Made by a program: the position numbers and the translations under genes. The notes under the pieces were generated by a model, which was given only the letters and a program-made list of their open reading frames with translations, was not told the origin of the DNA and did no database searches. Of a stretch of DNA of 64,000 nt, positions 44,846-54,192 are shown piece by piece (the first letter of the stretch is position 1; each line of letters starts with the position of its first letter). Source of the stretch: Elusimicrobiota bacterium (lineage in GTDB: Bacteria; Elusimicrobiota; Elusimicrobia; UBA1565); assembly GCA_043819795.1 (NCBI GenBank), contig JBDREN010000140.1, positions 1 through 64,000 of the forward strand. The letters are read 5' to 3'.

Positions 44846-45850
44846 ATGGCCGATCTCACGACCAAGGCTCTCGCGCAGGAGTGGAAGAAAGGAGGGTTCC
44901 GCCCCGTCTACTACCTCTTCGGAGAGGACGCCCCGGCGAAGACCCTGGCCGTCAAGGCTCTCCGGGAGGCCCTCAACCCCGACGCCTTCAATCTGAGCGA
45001 GTTCCAGGGAGACGACGACGCCCGAGCGGGAGAGATCGCGTCCGCCTGCGCGACGCCCCCGATGTTCTCCGAGCGGCGGCTTGTGATCGTCCGCAACGCG
45101 AGATTCGGCGCCGCGGCCCGCCGCGTCCTGGCGGACTACCTGCGCGAGCCGCTCGAATCCACGACCCTCTGCCTCGTGTCCGCGGAGCGCAAGCCCGACG
45201 CCAAAGACGCCCTGGCGGCCGCCGCCCGCTCGCTAGGCGGCATCGTCGTCTTCAAGCCGCTCACGCACGGAGAGGCCGCCGCCCGGCTTTGCGAGGAGGC
45301 CCGGCGCGCGGGATTCCGCCTGGAGCCCCAAGCCGCGGAGTTCATGATCGAGGAGGCCGGCAGCGAATGGGGCATCCTGCGGGCCGAGCTCAAGAAGCTC
45401 GCTCTCTACATCCGGGACCGGAAAGCGGCGGGACTCGAGGATGTGGCCGCCTGTCTCGGCTACCGCCAGCAGGCCAACCCCTTCGACCTTCCCCGGAGTC
45501 TCCAGAAGCGCGACGCGGTCCGGTCCCTCGGGCTGCTGCGGCGCCTGCTCGTGGAGGGCGACGAGCCCTTCCGGCTCCTCTACCAGATCACTCAGACGGT
45601 CAACAAGCAGCTCAAGGCCAAGCGCCTGGCCCAAAGCGGGCTGACGCCGGACCGCATCTTCCGCCAGCTGCGCCTCAACAGCTACTACGACCGCGACTAC
45701 ATGGCCGTGGCCGGGCGCCTGAGCGAGGCGAGCCTGATCCGGGCCCTGAGGGCCTGCGTCCGGACGGAGGCCGATCTCAAGTCCAAGACCTGGCTCTCCC
45801 CGGCGGTCGAACTCGAAGCCCTCGTCCTGAAAGTCTGCGGGAAAGCCTGA
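44846..45850 (+). CDS. holA: DNA polymerase III delta subunit
   Basis: PVYYLFGED, PPMFSERRLVIV, ELKKLALY; synteny. Confidence 0.9.
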   Translation: MADLTTKALAQEWKKGGFRPVYYLFGEDAPAKTLAVKALREALNPDAFNLSEFQGDDDARAGEIASACATPPMFSERRLVIVRNARFGAAARRVLADYLREPLESTTLCLVSAERKPDAKDALAAAARSLGGIVVFKPLTHGEAAARLCEEARRAGFRLEPQAAEFMIEEAGSEWGILRAELKKLALYIRDRKAAGLEDVAACLGYRQQANPFDLPRSLQKRDAVRSLGLLRRLLVEGDEPFRLLYQITQTVNKQLKAKRLAQSGLTPDRIFRQLRLNSYYDRDYMAVAGRLSEASLIRALRACVRTEADLKSKTWLSPAVELEALVLKVCGKA

Positions 45851-46144
45851 CGCCCCGGCAGACCTTCTTGGATTTCTCGAAGGATCCCCGGACCGCAGAT
45901 CTTTCCAACGCCAGAATCCTTCGAGAAATCCGCTTCATGAACGCCGCACGGGTTTACCGCGCGTGTACATGCCCGGTCGGGCGCTTTCCGGCTGACAATA
46001 AAAATTCTTCTTTAAAAACAGGCCCTATTTCTACATCTATGTCAACGCCTTGTCCGTGACATGTCAGTGAATCCCGGTTATAATTATTAGGGAATCGGAT
46101 GACGTGCGCGGACGCGCTCATGCCGGCGTCCCGAGGGGGCTGCG

Positions 46145-49100
46145 ATGATGAAGAATAGAACGCATTTGAAGTCCGCATATATCGCGTTCGCCGCTGCGGC
46201 GGCCGCTATGGCTCTCGTTTTTCCGATGACGGAACCCGCGAACGCGGCGGTCCCGGCCGGATGTCCGGACGGCGTGGTGAGCTATTGGACGTTCGACGCG
46301 GGAGACGCGGCCGACGATTCCGACGCCAACCACGGGACCGTCCACGGCGCGACAGCCGCGCAGGGAAGGTCCGGCCAAGGATTCTATTTCGACGGGGAGG
46401 ACGATTATATCGAGGTTCCTGATTCCCCGAATCTGGATCCCGAACCGACGCATGGCTACGTCGAGATGCCTCACTCGCCGAATCTGGATCCTGAGCTGGC
46501 GCATGACTACGTCGAGGTGGCTCATTCGGCGGATCTGAATCCTGAGCCGACCCACGCGTACGTCGAAGTTCCTCATTCGACGAGTCTCGACCTGGCTGCG
46601 GGCCAGTTCACCCTGGAAGCGTGGATCCGCCCAAGGGCGACCGCCGGCGATTACAGGGCGATCATCGCGAAGATGGGCTGGACCGATACAGGCCGGTGGA
46701 GCTACTACTTGGCGGTCACGGACAGGGGCGCCTTGTACGCCGCCTTTGTGAACGGCCATGGCGCGCATTTCCCGTTGTCCAGCCGGGACGGCTCGATCAA
46801 GACGGGCGTTTGGCAGCATGTGGCGGCCACCTACGACGGCGCCGTGCTGCGCTTGTACATCGACGGCGTCGAGGCCGCGTCCCGGGAGGCCGACGGCAGT
46901 CCCAGGCAAAACGACTATCCCCTGTCCATCGGAAGATGGACCAACGGAGACTCCAACCAGTTCGCCGGCGCCATCGACGACGCGGCGGTCTACGGCGCGG
47001 CGTTGAGCGCCGAGGAGGTCCAGAGCCACTACCTCGCCGGCCCGGCCGGCTATTGCGACGGCGGCTGCCCGGCGGGCATGGTGGGCTATTGGCGCTTCGA
47101 CGAGGGAGCCGGAACGGCCGCCGCCGATGCCATCGGCGGCAACGACGGGACCATCCATGGGGCGGCCTGGACGGCCGGCATGGCCGGCAGCGCCCTGGAC
47201 CTCTCGGGCAATGAGTTCACTTTGGAGGCGTGGATCAAGCCGCGGGCGGTCAACGGCGATTACAGGAGCATCATCGCGAAGATGGGCTGGGACGATACGA
47301 GCCGGTGGAGCTACCACTTGGCGGTCACGGACAGGGGCGGTCTGCACGTCAACTTCGCGAACGAGCACGGCTGGAGCTTCGCCTTGTCCAGCCGGGAGGC
47401 CTCGATCCAGGCGGGCGTCTGGCAGCACGTGGCGGCCACCTACGACGGCGGCATCCTGCGGTTGTATATAGACGGCGTCGAGGCCGCGTCCCGGGAGGCC
47501 GGCGGCGGTCCCAGGCAAAACGACTATCCGGTGTCCATCGGAAGATGGTATGCGGGGGATCCCAACCAGTTCGCCGGCGCCATCGACGACGCGGCGGTCT
47601 ACGGCGCGGCGCTGAGCGCTGAAGAACTCCGGAGCCACCACCTCGCGGGCCCGGCCGGCTATTGCGACGGCGGCTGCCCGGCGGGCATGGTGAGCTATTG
47701 GCGCTTCGACGAGGGAGCCGGAACGGCCGCCGCCGATGCCATCGGCGGCAACGACGGGACCATCCATGGGGCAGCCTGGACGGCCGGCATGGCCGGTAGC
47801 GCCCTGGACTTCTCGGGCAACGAGTTCACTTTGGAAGCGTGGATCAACCCGCGGGCGACCAACGGCGATTACAGGAGCATCATCGCGAAGATGGGCTGGG
47901 ACGATACGAGCCGGTGGAGCTACCACTTGGCGGTCACGGACAGGGGCGGTCTGCACGCCAACTTCGCGAACGAGCACGGCTGGAGCTTCGCCTTGTCCAG
48001 CCGGGAGGCCTCGATCCAGGCGGGCGTCTGGCAGCATGTGGCGGCCACCTACGACGGCGCCATCCTGCGCTTGTATATCGACGGCGTCGAGGCCGCGTCC
48101 CGGGAGGCCGGCGGCGGTCCCAGGCAAAACGACTATCCGGTGTCCATCGGAAGATGGACGTCGGGGGATCCCAACCAGTTCGCCGGCGCCATCGACGACG
48201 CGGCGGTCTATAACGCGGTGCTGAGCGCCGATGAGATCCAAAGCCACTACCTCGCGGGCCCGGCCGGCTATTGCGACGGCGGCTGCCCGGCGGGCATGGT
48301 GAGCTATTGGCGCTTCGACGAGGGCGCCGGAGCGGCCGTTTCCGATTCGGTCGGCGGCAACGACGGGACCATCCATGGGGCGGTCTGGACGGACGGCATG
48401 GCCGGAAGCGCCCTGGACTTCTCTGGCAACGGGTTCACTTTGGAGGCGTGGATCAAACCGACAGAGATCATCGGCGACTGGCGGACGATCATCGCAAAGA
48501 TGGGATGGGAAGACACGAGCCGGTGGAGCTACACTTTGCAGGTCACGTATCATGGCGCCTTGTACGCCAGCTTCGCCAACGAGCACGGCTGGGGCTTCTC
48601 GTTGTACAGCCCCAACGGCTCGCTCGGGACCGGCATCTGGCAGCATGTGGCGGCCGCCTACGACGGCGGCTTGCTCCGCTTGTACATCGACGGCGCCGAG
48701 GTGGCGTCCCGGGAGGCCGGCGGCGCTCCCAGGCAGAACGACTATCCCCTGTCCATCGGGAGATGGTATTCGGAAGACCCCAACCCGTTCGCCGGCGCCA
48801 TCGACGAGGCCGCGGTCTACGACGCGACGTTGAGCCCTGAGGAGATCCAGGACCACTACATCGCGGGCCTGGCGGACAAGGGCTATTGCTGGACCTGCGG
48901 CACCGCCGCCGATTGCGACGATCAGAACCCCTGCACGAGCGACATCTGCGCGGACGGGCTCTGCTCCCATGACGCGGCCGCCATGGACGGCGCCCAATGC
49001 GACGACGGCAGCTCCTGCACGGCCGGCGACGTATGCGACGACGCCTCCTGCGCGGGAGCGCCGGCGCCCGACGCCGAAGGCATGGCGGGCTATTGGACCT

Positions 49101-52100
49101 TCGACGCGGGAGACGCGACCGACGATTTCGGCGACAATGACGGGATCGTCCAGGGGGCGACGCCCGCGCAGGGGAAGACCGGACTGGGATTCGATCTCGA
49201 CGGGCAGGACGATCATATCGAGGTCCCGCCCTCCCCCGAGTTGAACCTGGACGGACCCGAGGCGATGCCGGAACACGTCGAAGTGCCGCACTCGACAGCC
49301 CTGAATCCCAAGCCCTCGTATGAGTACGTCGAGGTGGCGCATTCGGCGGACCTGAATCTTGAGCCGACGCACGAGTACGTTGAAGTGCCTTTCGCGCCGA
49401 GCCTGGACCTGGACGAAGGCCAGTTCACCCTCGAGTCGTGGATCAACCCGAGGGCGGCCTACGGCGATTACAGGACGATCATGGCGAAGATCGGCTGGAC
49501 CGATACGGGGCGGTGGAGCTACAACCTGCAGGTCACCGACAGGGGCGCCTTGTACGCCGCCTTTGTGAACGACCAAGGCGCGCATTTCCCGTTGTCCAGC
49601 GAGGAGGGCTCGATCCAGGCGGGCGTTTGGCAGCATGTGGCGGCCACCTACGACGGCGCCACGCTGCGCCTGTATATCGACGGCGCTGAGGCCGCGTCCC
49701 GGGACGCCGACGGCGTTCCCAGGCAGAATCCCTATCCCCTGTCCATCGGGAGATGGACCAAGGGAGACGCCAATCAGCTCGCCGGCGCCATCGACGCGGC
49801 GGCGGTCTATGACGCAGCATTGACCGCCGAAGAGCTCCAGAGCCACTACCTGGCCGGCCCGGCCGGCTATTGCGACGGCGGCTGCCCGGCGGGCATGGTG
49901 AGCTATTGGCGCTTCGACGAGGGCACCGGAGCGGCCGCCACCGATTCCATCGGCGGCAACCACGGGGCCATCCATGGGGCGGCCTGGACGGACGGCGTGG
50001 CCGGAAACGCGCTGGACTTCTCGGGCAATGAGTTCAGTTTGGAGGCGTGGATCAACCCGAAGGCGACCTACGGCGATTACAGGACCATCATCGCGAAGAT
50101 GGGCTGGGACGACACGAGCCGGTGGAGCTACCACTTGGCGGTCGCGGACAGGGGCGGTCTGCACGCCAACTTCGCCAACGAGCACGGCTGGAGCTTCGGC
50201 TTGTCCAGCCCCGACGGCTCGCTCCAGGCGGGCGTCTGGCAGCATGTGGCGGCCACCTACGACGGCGGCCTGCTGCGGTTGTATATCGACGGCATCGAGG
50301 TGGCGTCCCGGGAGGCCGGCGGCGCTCCCAGGCGAAACGACTATCCCGTGTCCTTCGGGAGATGGTATTCGGGGGATCCCAACCAGTTCGCCGGCGCCAT
50401 CGATGATGCGGCGGTCTACGACGCGGCGCTGACCCCCGAAGAGATCCAGAGCCACCACCTCGCCGGCGCGGCCGGCTATTGCGACGGCGGCTGCCCGGCG
50501 GGGATGGTGAGCTATTGGCGCTTCGACGAGGGCGCCGGCGCGGCCGTTTCCGATTCCGTCGGCGGCAACCACGGGGTCATCCATGGGGCGGCCTGGGCGG
50601 ACGGCATGGCCGGTGGCGCCCTGGACTTCTCGGGCAATGAGTTCTCTTTGGAGGCGTGGATCAACCCGAGCGCGACCTATGGCGATTACAAGACGATCAT
50701 CACGAAGACCGCCTGGGACGACACAAGCCGGTGGAGCTACAACCTGCAGGTCACCGACAGGGGCGGTCTGCACGCCAACTTCGTCAACGAGCACGGCTGG
50801 AGCTTCGCATTGTCCAGCCCGAACGGCTCGCTTGCGACCGGCGTCTGGCAGCACGTGGCGGCCACCTACGACGGCGGCATCCTGCGCTTGTATATCGATG
50901 GGGCCGAGGCCGCGTCCCGGGAAGCCGGCGGCGGTCCCAGGCGAAACGACTATCCGGTGTCCATGGGGAGATGGTATGCGGGAGATCCCAACCATTTCAC
51001 CGGCGCCATCGACGAGGCGGCGGTATACGGCGCGGCGCTGACCCCCGAAGAGGTCCAGAGCCACCACCTCGCCGGCGCGGCCGGCTATTGCGAAGGCGGC
51101 TGCCCGGCCGGGATGGTAAGCTATTGGCGCTTCGACGAGGGAGCCGGCACGGCCGTATCCGATTCCATCGGCGGCAACCACGGGACCATCCATGGGCCGG
51201 AGTGGACGGCCGGCATGGCCGGCAGCGCCCTGGACTTCTCGGGCAATGGGTTCACTTTGGAGGCGTGGATCAACCCGAGCGCGATCACCGGCGATTGGAG
51301 GGCGGTCATCGCGAAAACCGGCTGGGACGACACAAGCCGGTGGAGCTACAACCTGCAGGTCACGTATCATGGCGCCTTGCACTCCACCTTCGTCAACGAG
51401 CACGGCTGGGGCTTCTCGTTGTACAGCCCCAACGACTCCATCCAGACGGGGATCTGGCAGCATGTGGCGGCCGCCTACGACGGAGCCATGCTGCGTCTGT
51501 ACATCGACGGCGCCGAGGTGGCGTCCCGGGAGGCCGGCGGCGTTCTGCGGCGCAACGCCTATCCGCTGTCTATCGGGAGATGGTATTCGCCAGACCCCAA
51601 CCCGTTCGCCGGCGGCATCGACGAGGTGGCGGTCTACGAGAGGGCGCTAACCCCCGCCGAGATCCAGGCCCACTACGGCTCGGCCGGCGGAAGTCATTGC
51701 GAGGATTCCGCCTCCTGCGCGGACGCCGACGGTGATGACTACGGCGCGGCCGGCACCGACACGAGCGCCTGCCCCAACGCCGGCTATGACTGCGACGATG
51801 GCGATCCCTCCGTCATCCCGGGCGCCGTCATCGAGACGGACGTCTTCGGCTACGACAACGTGGGAGAATGCCGGACAAGGAAGGAAGAATGCGACGGGGC
51901 GACCGGCGCTTTCGAGAGCATTCAGACCGCGGTCGGCCCTTCGGCGGAAGCCTGCGACGGCCTGGACAACGACTGCGACGGCTCCACGGACGAGGGATTC
52001 CAGGACTTCGACGGCGACGGGACCGCGGACTGCGTGGATCCGGACGACGACGATGACGGCCTGCCGGACGCGGGCGACGCCTGCCCGTTCGAGCATCCAC

Positions 52101-52378
52101 AGGGAGCCGACGCCGACGCGGACGGCTGCATCGACAGGCTCGAGGACGCCCCCGAGGTCGTGCAGGAGCTGGACCTGCCGGCCGGGACGTCCAACGAGCT
52201 TGAATCCAAGCTCGACGGGGCAATCGCGGCCCAGGAAGACGGGAACACCGGGGCCGCGACCAACAAGCTGAAGGCGCTCATCAACAGCGTGAAGGCGCAG
52301 CGGGGCAAGAAGATCTCGGAGGAGGACGCGGACCTCCTCATCGACTTCGCGAACAACGCCATAAACGGCATGGAGTGA
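46145..52378 (+). CDS. Giant secreted protein with 8 LamG/pentraxin-like jellyroll units, Cys-rich linker, MopE/TSP3-like metal-binding motifs and a C-terminal FIMAH-like helical domain
   Basis: Signal peptide; YWxFD, FTLEAW, WQHVAATYDG..LRLYIDG, FAGAIDD repeated 8 times (609-nt period); EACDGLDNDCDG, DFDGDG..DC.D. Confidence 0.9.
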   Translation: MMKNRTHLKSAYIAFAAAAAAMALVFPMTEPANAAVPAGCPDGVVSYWTFDAGDAADDSDANHGTVHGATAAQGRSGQGFYFDGEDDYIEVPDSPNLDPEPTHGYVEMPHSPNLDPELAHDYVEVAHSADLNPEPTHAYVEVPHSTSLDLAAGQFTLEAWIRPRATAGDYRAIIAKMGWTDTGRWSYYLAVTDRGALYAAFVNGHGAHFPLSSRDGSIKTGVWQHVAATYDGAVLRLYIDGVEAASREADGSPRQNDYPLSIGRWTNGDSNQFAGAIDDAAVYGAALSAEEVQSHYLAGPAGYCDGGCPAGMVGYWRFDEGAGTAAADAIGGNDGTIHGAAWTAGMAGSALDLSGNEFTLEAWIKPRAVNGDYRSIIAKMGWDDTSRWSYHLAVTDRGGLHVNFANEHGWSFALSSREASIQAGVWQHVAATYDGGILRLYIDGVEAASREAGGGPRQNDYPVSIGRWYAGDPNQFAGAIDDAAVYGAALSAEELRSHHLAGPAGYCDGGCPAGMVSYWRFDEGAGTAAADAIGGNDGTIHGAAWTAGMAGSALDFSGNEFTLEAWINPRATNGDYRSIIAKMGWDDTSRWSYHLAVTDRGGLHANFANEHGWSFALSSREASIQAGVWQHVAATYDGAILRLYIDGVEAASREAGGGPRQNDYPVSIGRWTSGDPNQFAGAIDDAAVYNAVLSADEIQSHYLAGPAGYCDGGCPAGMVSYWRFDEGAGAAVSDSVGGNDGTIHGAVWTDGMAGSALDFSGNGFTLEAWIKPTEIIGDWRTIIAKMGWEDTSRWSYTLQVTYHGALYASFANEHGWGFSLYSPNGSLGTGIWQHVAAAYDGGLLRLYIDGAEVASREAGGAPRQNDYPLSIGRWYSEDPNPFAGAIDEAAVYDATLSPEEIQDHYIAGLADKGYCWTCGTAADCDDQNPCTSDICADGLCSHDAAAMDGAQCDDGSSCTAGDVCDDASCAGAPAPDAEGMAGYWTFDAGDATDDFGDNDGIVQGATPAQGKTGLGFDLDGQDDHIEVPPSPELNLDGPEAMPEHVEVPHSTALNPKPSYEYVEVAHSADLNLEPTHEYVEVPFAPSLDLDEGQFTLESWINPRAAYGDYRTIMAKIGWTDTGRWSYNLQVTDRGALYAAFVNDQGAHFPLSSEEGSIQAGVWQHVAATYDGATLRLYIDGAEAASRDADGVPRQNPYPLSIGRWTKGDANQLAGAIDAAAVYDAALTAEELQSHYLAGPAGYCDGGCPAGMVSYWRFDEGTGAAATDSIGGNHGAIHGAAWTDGVAGNALDFSGNEFSLEAWINPKATYGDYRTIIAKMGWDDTSRWSYHLAVADRGGLHANFANEHGWSFGLSSPDGSLQAGVWQHVAATYDGGLLRLYIDGIEVASREAGGAPRRNDYPVSFGRWYSGDPNQFAGAIDDAAVYDAALTPEEIQSHHLAGAAGYCDGGCPAGMVSYWRFDEGAGAAVSDSVGGNHGVIHGAAWADGMAGGALDFSGNEFSLEAWINPSATYGDYKTIITKTAWDDTSRWSYNLQVTDRGGLHANFVNEHGWSFALSSPNGSLATGVWQHVAATYDGGILRLYIDGAEAASREAGGGPRRNDYPVSMGRWYAGDPNHFTGAIDEAAVYGAALTPEEVQSHHLAGAAGYCEGGCPAGMVSYWRFDEGAGTAVSDSIGGNHGTIHGPEWTAGMAGSALDFSGNGFTLEAWINPSAITGDWRAVIAKTGWDDTSRWSYNLQVTYHGALHSTFVNEHGWGFSLYSPNDSIQTGIWQHVAAAYDGAMLRLYIDGAEVASREAGGVLRRNAYPLSIGRWYSPDPNPFAGGIDEVAVYERALTPAEIQAHYGSAGGSHCEDSASCADADGDDYGAAGTDTSACPNAGYDCDDGDPSVIPGAVIETDVFGYDNVGECRTRKEECDGATGAFESIQTAVGPSAEACDGLDNDCDGSTDEGFQDFDGDGTADCVDPDDDDDGLPDAGDACPFEHPQGADADADGCIDRLEDAPEVVQELDLPAGTSNELESKLDGAIAAQEDGNTGAATNKLKALINSVKAQRGKKISEEDADLLIDFANNAINGME

Positions 52379-52543
52379 CCCGCTCAGCGGCTCCCGTCCC
52401 AGCGAGACGAAAGTCGCATCGGGCGGCCGCCGTCAAAGGTCCGCGGGAAGGGGGCGAACCGGCGATTGAAACGGATAGAGGGATGACGCACAGCGGCCCC
52501 CGCGGCCGTTTACGTCCTTCATCCGGGGAGGGAGTCTGAGCGG

Positions 52544-52822
52544 TTACGCCTTAGGCGCGAGCTTCCCGACGTGCGCGGCGAGGCGGGCTTTGCGGCGGGC
52601 GGCGGTCTTCCAGTGGATGCTGCCCTTCTTGACCGCCTTGTCCCATGCGCTCGCGGCAGGCGGCAGCAGCTTGGCCGCCTGGTCCGCCTCCTGGGCCGCG
52701 AGGACGGCCTTCGTCGCCGCACGGCCCTTCTTCTTGAGGGCGCGGCTGCGCGCCGCCCTCCGCAGGGACTGCCGATTCGCCTTCAACGCGCTGGTGTGTC
52801 TTCCGGTACTCAGCTTAGCCAT
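52544..52822 (-). CDS. rpsT: 30S ribosomal protein S20
   Basis: SALKANRQS, DKAVKKGSIHWKTAARRKARL. Confidence 0.95.
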   Translation of the reverse strand: MAKLSTGRHTSALKANRQSLRRAARSRALKKKGRAATKAVLAAQEADQAAKLLPPAASAWDKAVKKGSIHWKTAARRKARLAAHVGKLAPKA

Positions 52823-52875
52823 ATGCCGGATTATAGCTTTCCCGTCGGAGTCCCGTCAATTGTTACAATAGAGGC
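52823..52875. promoter_or_regulatory. Divergent leaderless promoters for rpsT and uvrC
   Basis: Minus strand: TTGACG-18-TATAAT-7-ATG; plus strand: TGtTACAAT-6-ATG. Confidence 0.7.
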
Positions 52876-54192
52876 ATGCCCGAGCGCCCCCCCTCCCGGG
52901 AGCACCTGCCGCACGCCTGCGGGGTCTACATCATGCGCGACGCGTCCATGGACGTCCTCTACGTCGGCAAAGCGGTGGACCTCGCCAAGCGCGTGGCCCA
53001 TTACTTCAACCCCAGGAGGCCCGACCCCAAGACCCGGCAGCTCGCGCCCCTGGTGCGAAAGATCGACTACATCCACTGCTCCTCCGAGCGCGAAGCCCTG
53101 ATCTGGGAGCGGCGTCTCATAAGGAAATATCAGCCGTTCTTCAACTCCATGTGGAAGGACGACAAGTCCTATCCCTACGTGAAGATCACCATGGGCGAGG
53201 ACTTCCCGAGGCTGCGCATCGTGCGCAGGAGGCGGCGCGACGGCGCGCTCTACTTCGGCCCCTACCCCAAGGTGACGCCGGTCCGGAGCCTCGCGCGGAG
53301 CCTCTGGAAGCGCCGGCTCTTCCCGCTGCGCCCCTGCGACCACGAGTTCTCGAGACGGAAGCCCCTCGATCAGAGGAGGATCAAGGCCTGCCTTTACTAC
53401 CACACCGGCGAGTGCCCCGCCCCCTGCGCCGGGCGCGTCAAACCCGCGGCCTACCGGCGCATCGCCGAGAACGCCGCGCTGTTCTTCCAGGGGCGCTACG
53501 CGCGCCTGCGTCGCTCGTTCGAGCGCCGGATGCGGGCCGCGGCGAAGGCGCTCGATTTCGAGACCGCCGCGCAGATGCGCGACAACGTGGCGGCCCTGGA
53601 GCATATGGGCGAGCGCGTCCGGTACAGGGAGGTGCGTCCCGGACGGATCGCCGAGCGCATCGACGCGTCGAGGGAGGTCACCGACCTCCAGGGGGCCCTC
53701 GGGCTGCGGCGCCCGCCGCATCACATCGAGTGCTTCGACGTCTCTCACCTGTTCGGACGCCAGGCGGTCGGCTCGATGGTCTGCTTCTCCGGGGGCGAGC
53801 CCAACCGCGACCACTACCGACGCTTCCGCATCCAGACAGTCCCGGGGATCGACGACTTCGCGGCCATGGCGGAGATCGTCCGGCGGCGCTACCGCGACGT
53901 TCTCGAGACGGGGTCCCCGCTGCCCGACCTCGTCGTGGTCGACGGAGGCAAGGGCCAGCTCTCGGCCGCGGCCGAGGCTCTGGCCGGGGTCAAGGCATCG
54001 GTGCCGCTCGCCTCGCTCGCCAAGAGAAATGAGGAGGTCTTCCTGCCCGGGAAGCGGACGCCCATCCGCCTCGAGCGCGGCCGAGCGGCCCTGCGCCTGC
54101 TGCAGCGCGTGCGCGACGAGGCGCACCGCTTCGCCGTGAGCTTCCACCGGCTGCGCCGGAAGAAGAGCCTCTTCGGCGAGGGGGCTTCGTGA
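52876..54192 (+). CDS. uvrC: Excinuclease ABC subunit C (short form)
   Basis: GIY-YIG (GVYIM..LYVGKA), KDDKSYPY, UVR domain, IECFDVSH, VDGGKGQL, RDEAHRFA. Confidence 0.92.
   Translation: MPERPPSREHLPHACGVYIMRDASMDVLYVGKAVDLAKRVAHYFNPRRPDPKTRQLAPLVRKIDYIHCSSEREALIWERRLIRKYQPFFNSMWKDDKSYPYVKITMGEDFPRLRIVRRRRRDGALYFGPYPKVTPVRSLARSLWKRRLFPLRPCDHEFSRRKPLDQRRIKACLYYHTGECPAPCAGRVKPAAYRRIAENAALFFQGRYARLRRSFERRMRAAAKALDFETAAQMRDNVAALEHMGERVRYREVRPGRIAERIDASREVTDLQGALGLRRPPHHIECFDVSHLFGRQAVGSMVCFSGGEPNRDHYRRFRIQTVPGIDDFAAMAEIVRRRYRDVLETGSPLPDLVVVDGGKGQLSAAAEALAGVKASVPLASLAKRNEEVFLPGKRTPIRLERGRAALRLLQRVRDEAHRFAVSFHRLRRKKSLFGEGAS

Noticed and set aside
45845..45854. GCCTGACGCC matching the RAYT IR tip at the holA stop, left of the LamG insert
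   Set aside because: Only 10 bp in GC-rich DNA, no iterons, and no partner seen at the other end.
46403..46600. 51-nt repeats as CRISPR or DGR template/variable repeats
   Set aside because: In-frame coding repeats with amino-acid-level conservation; no reverse transcriptase in the window and no adenine-specific pattern noticed.
46118..51463. 1781-aa antisense ORF opposite the LamG gene
   Set aside because: Shadow ORF from GC3-biased codons, propagated by the repeats; no recognisable motifs or start signals.
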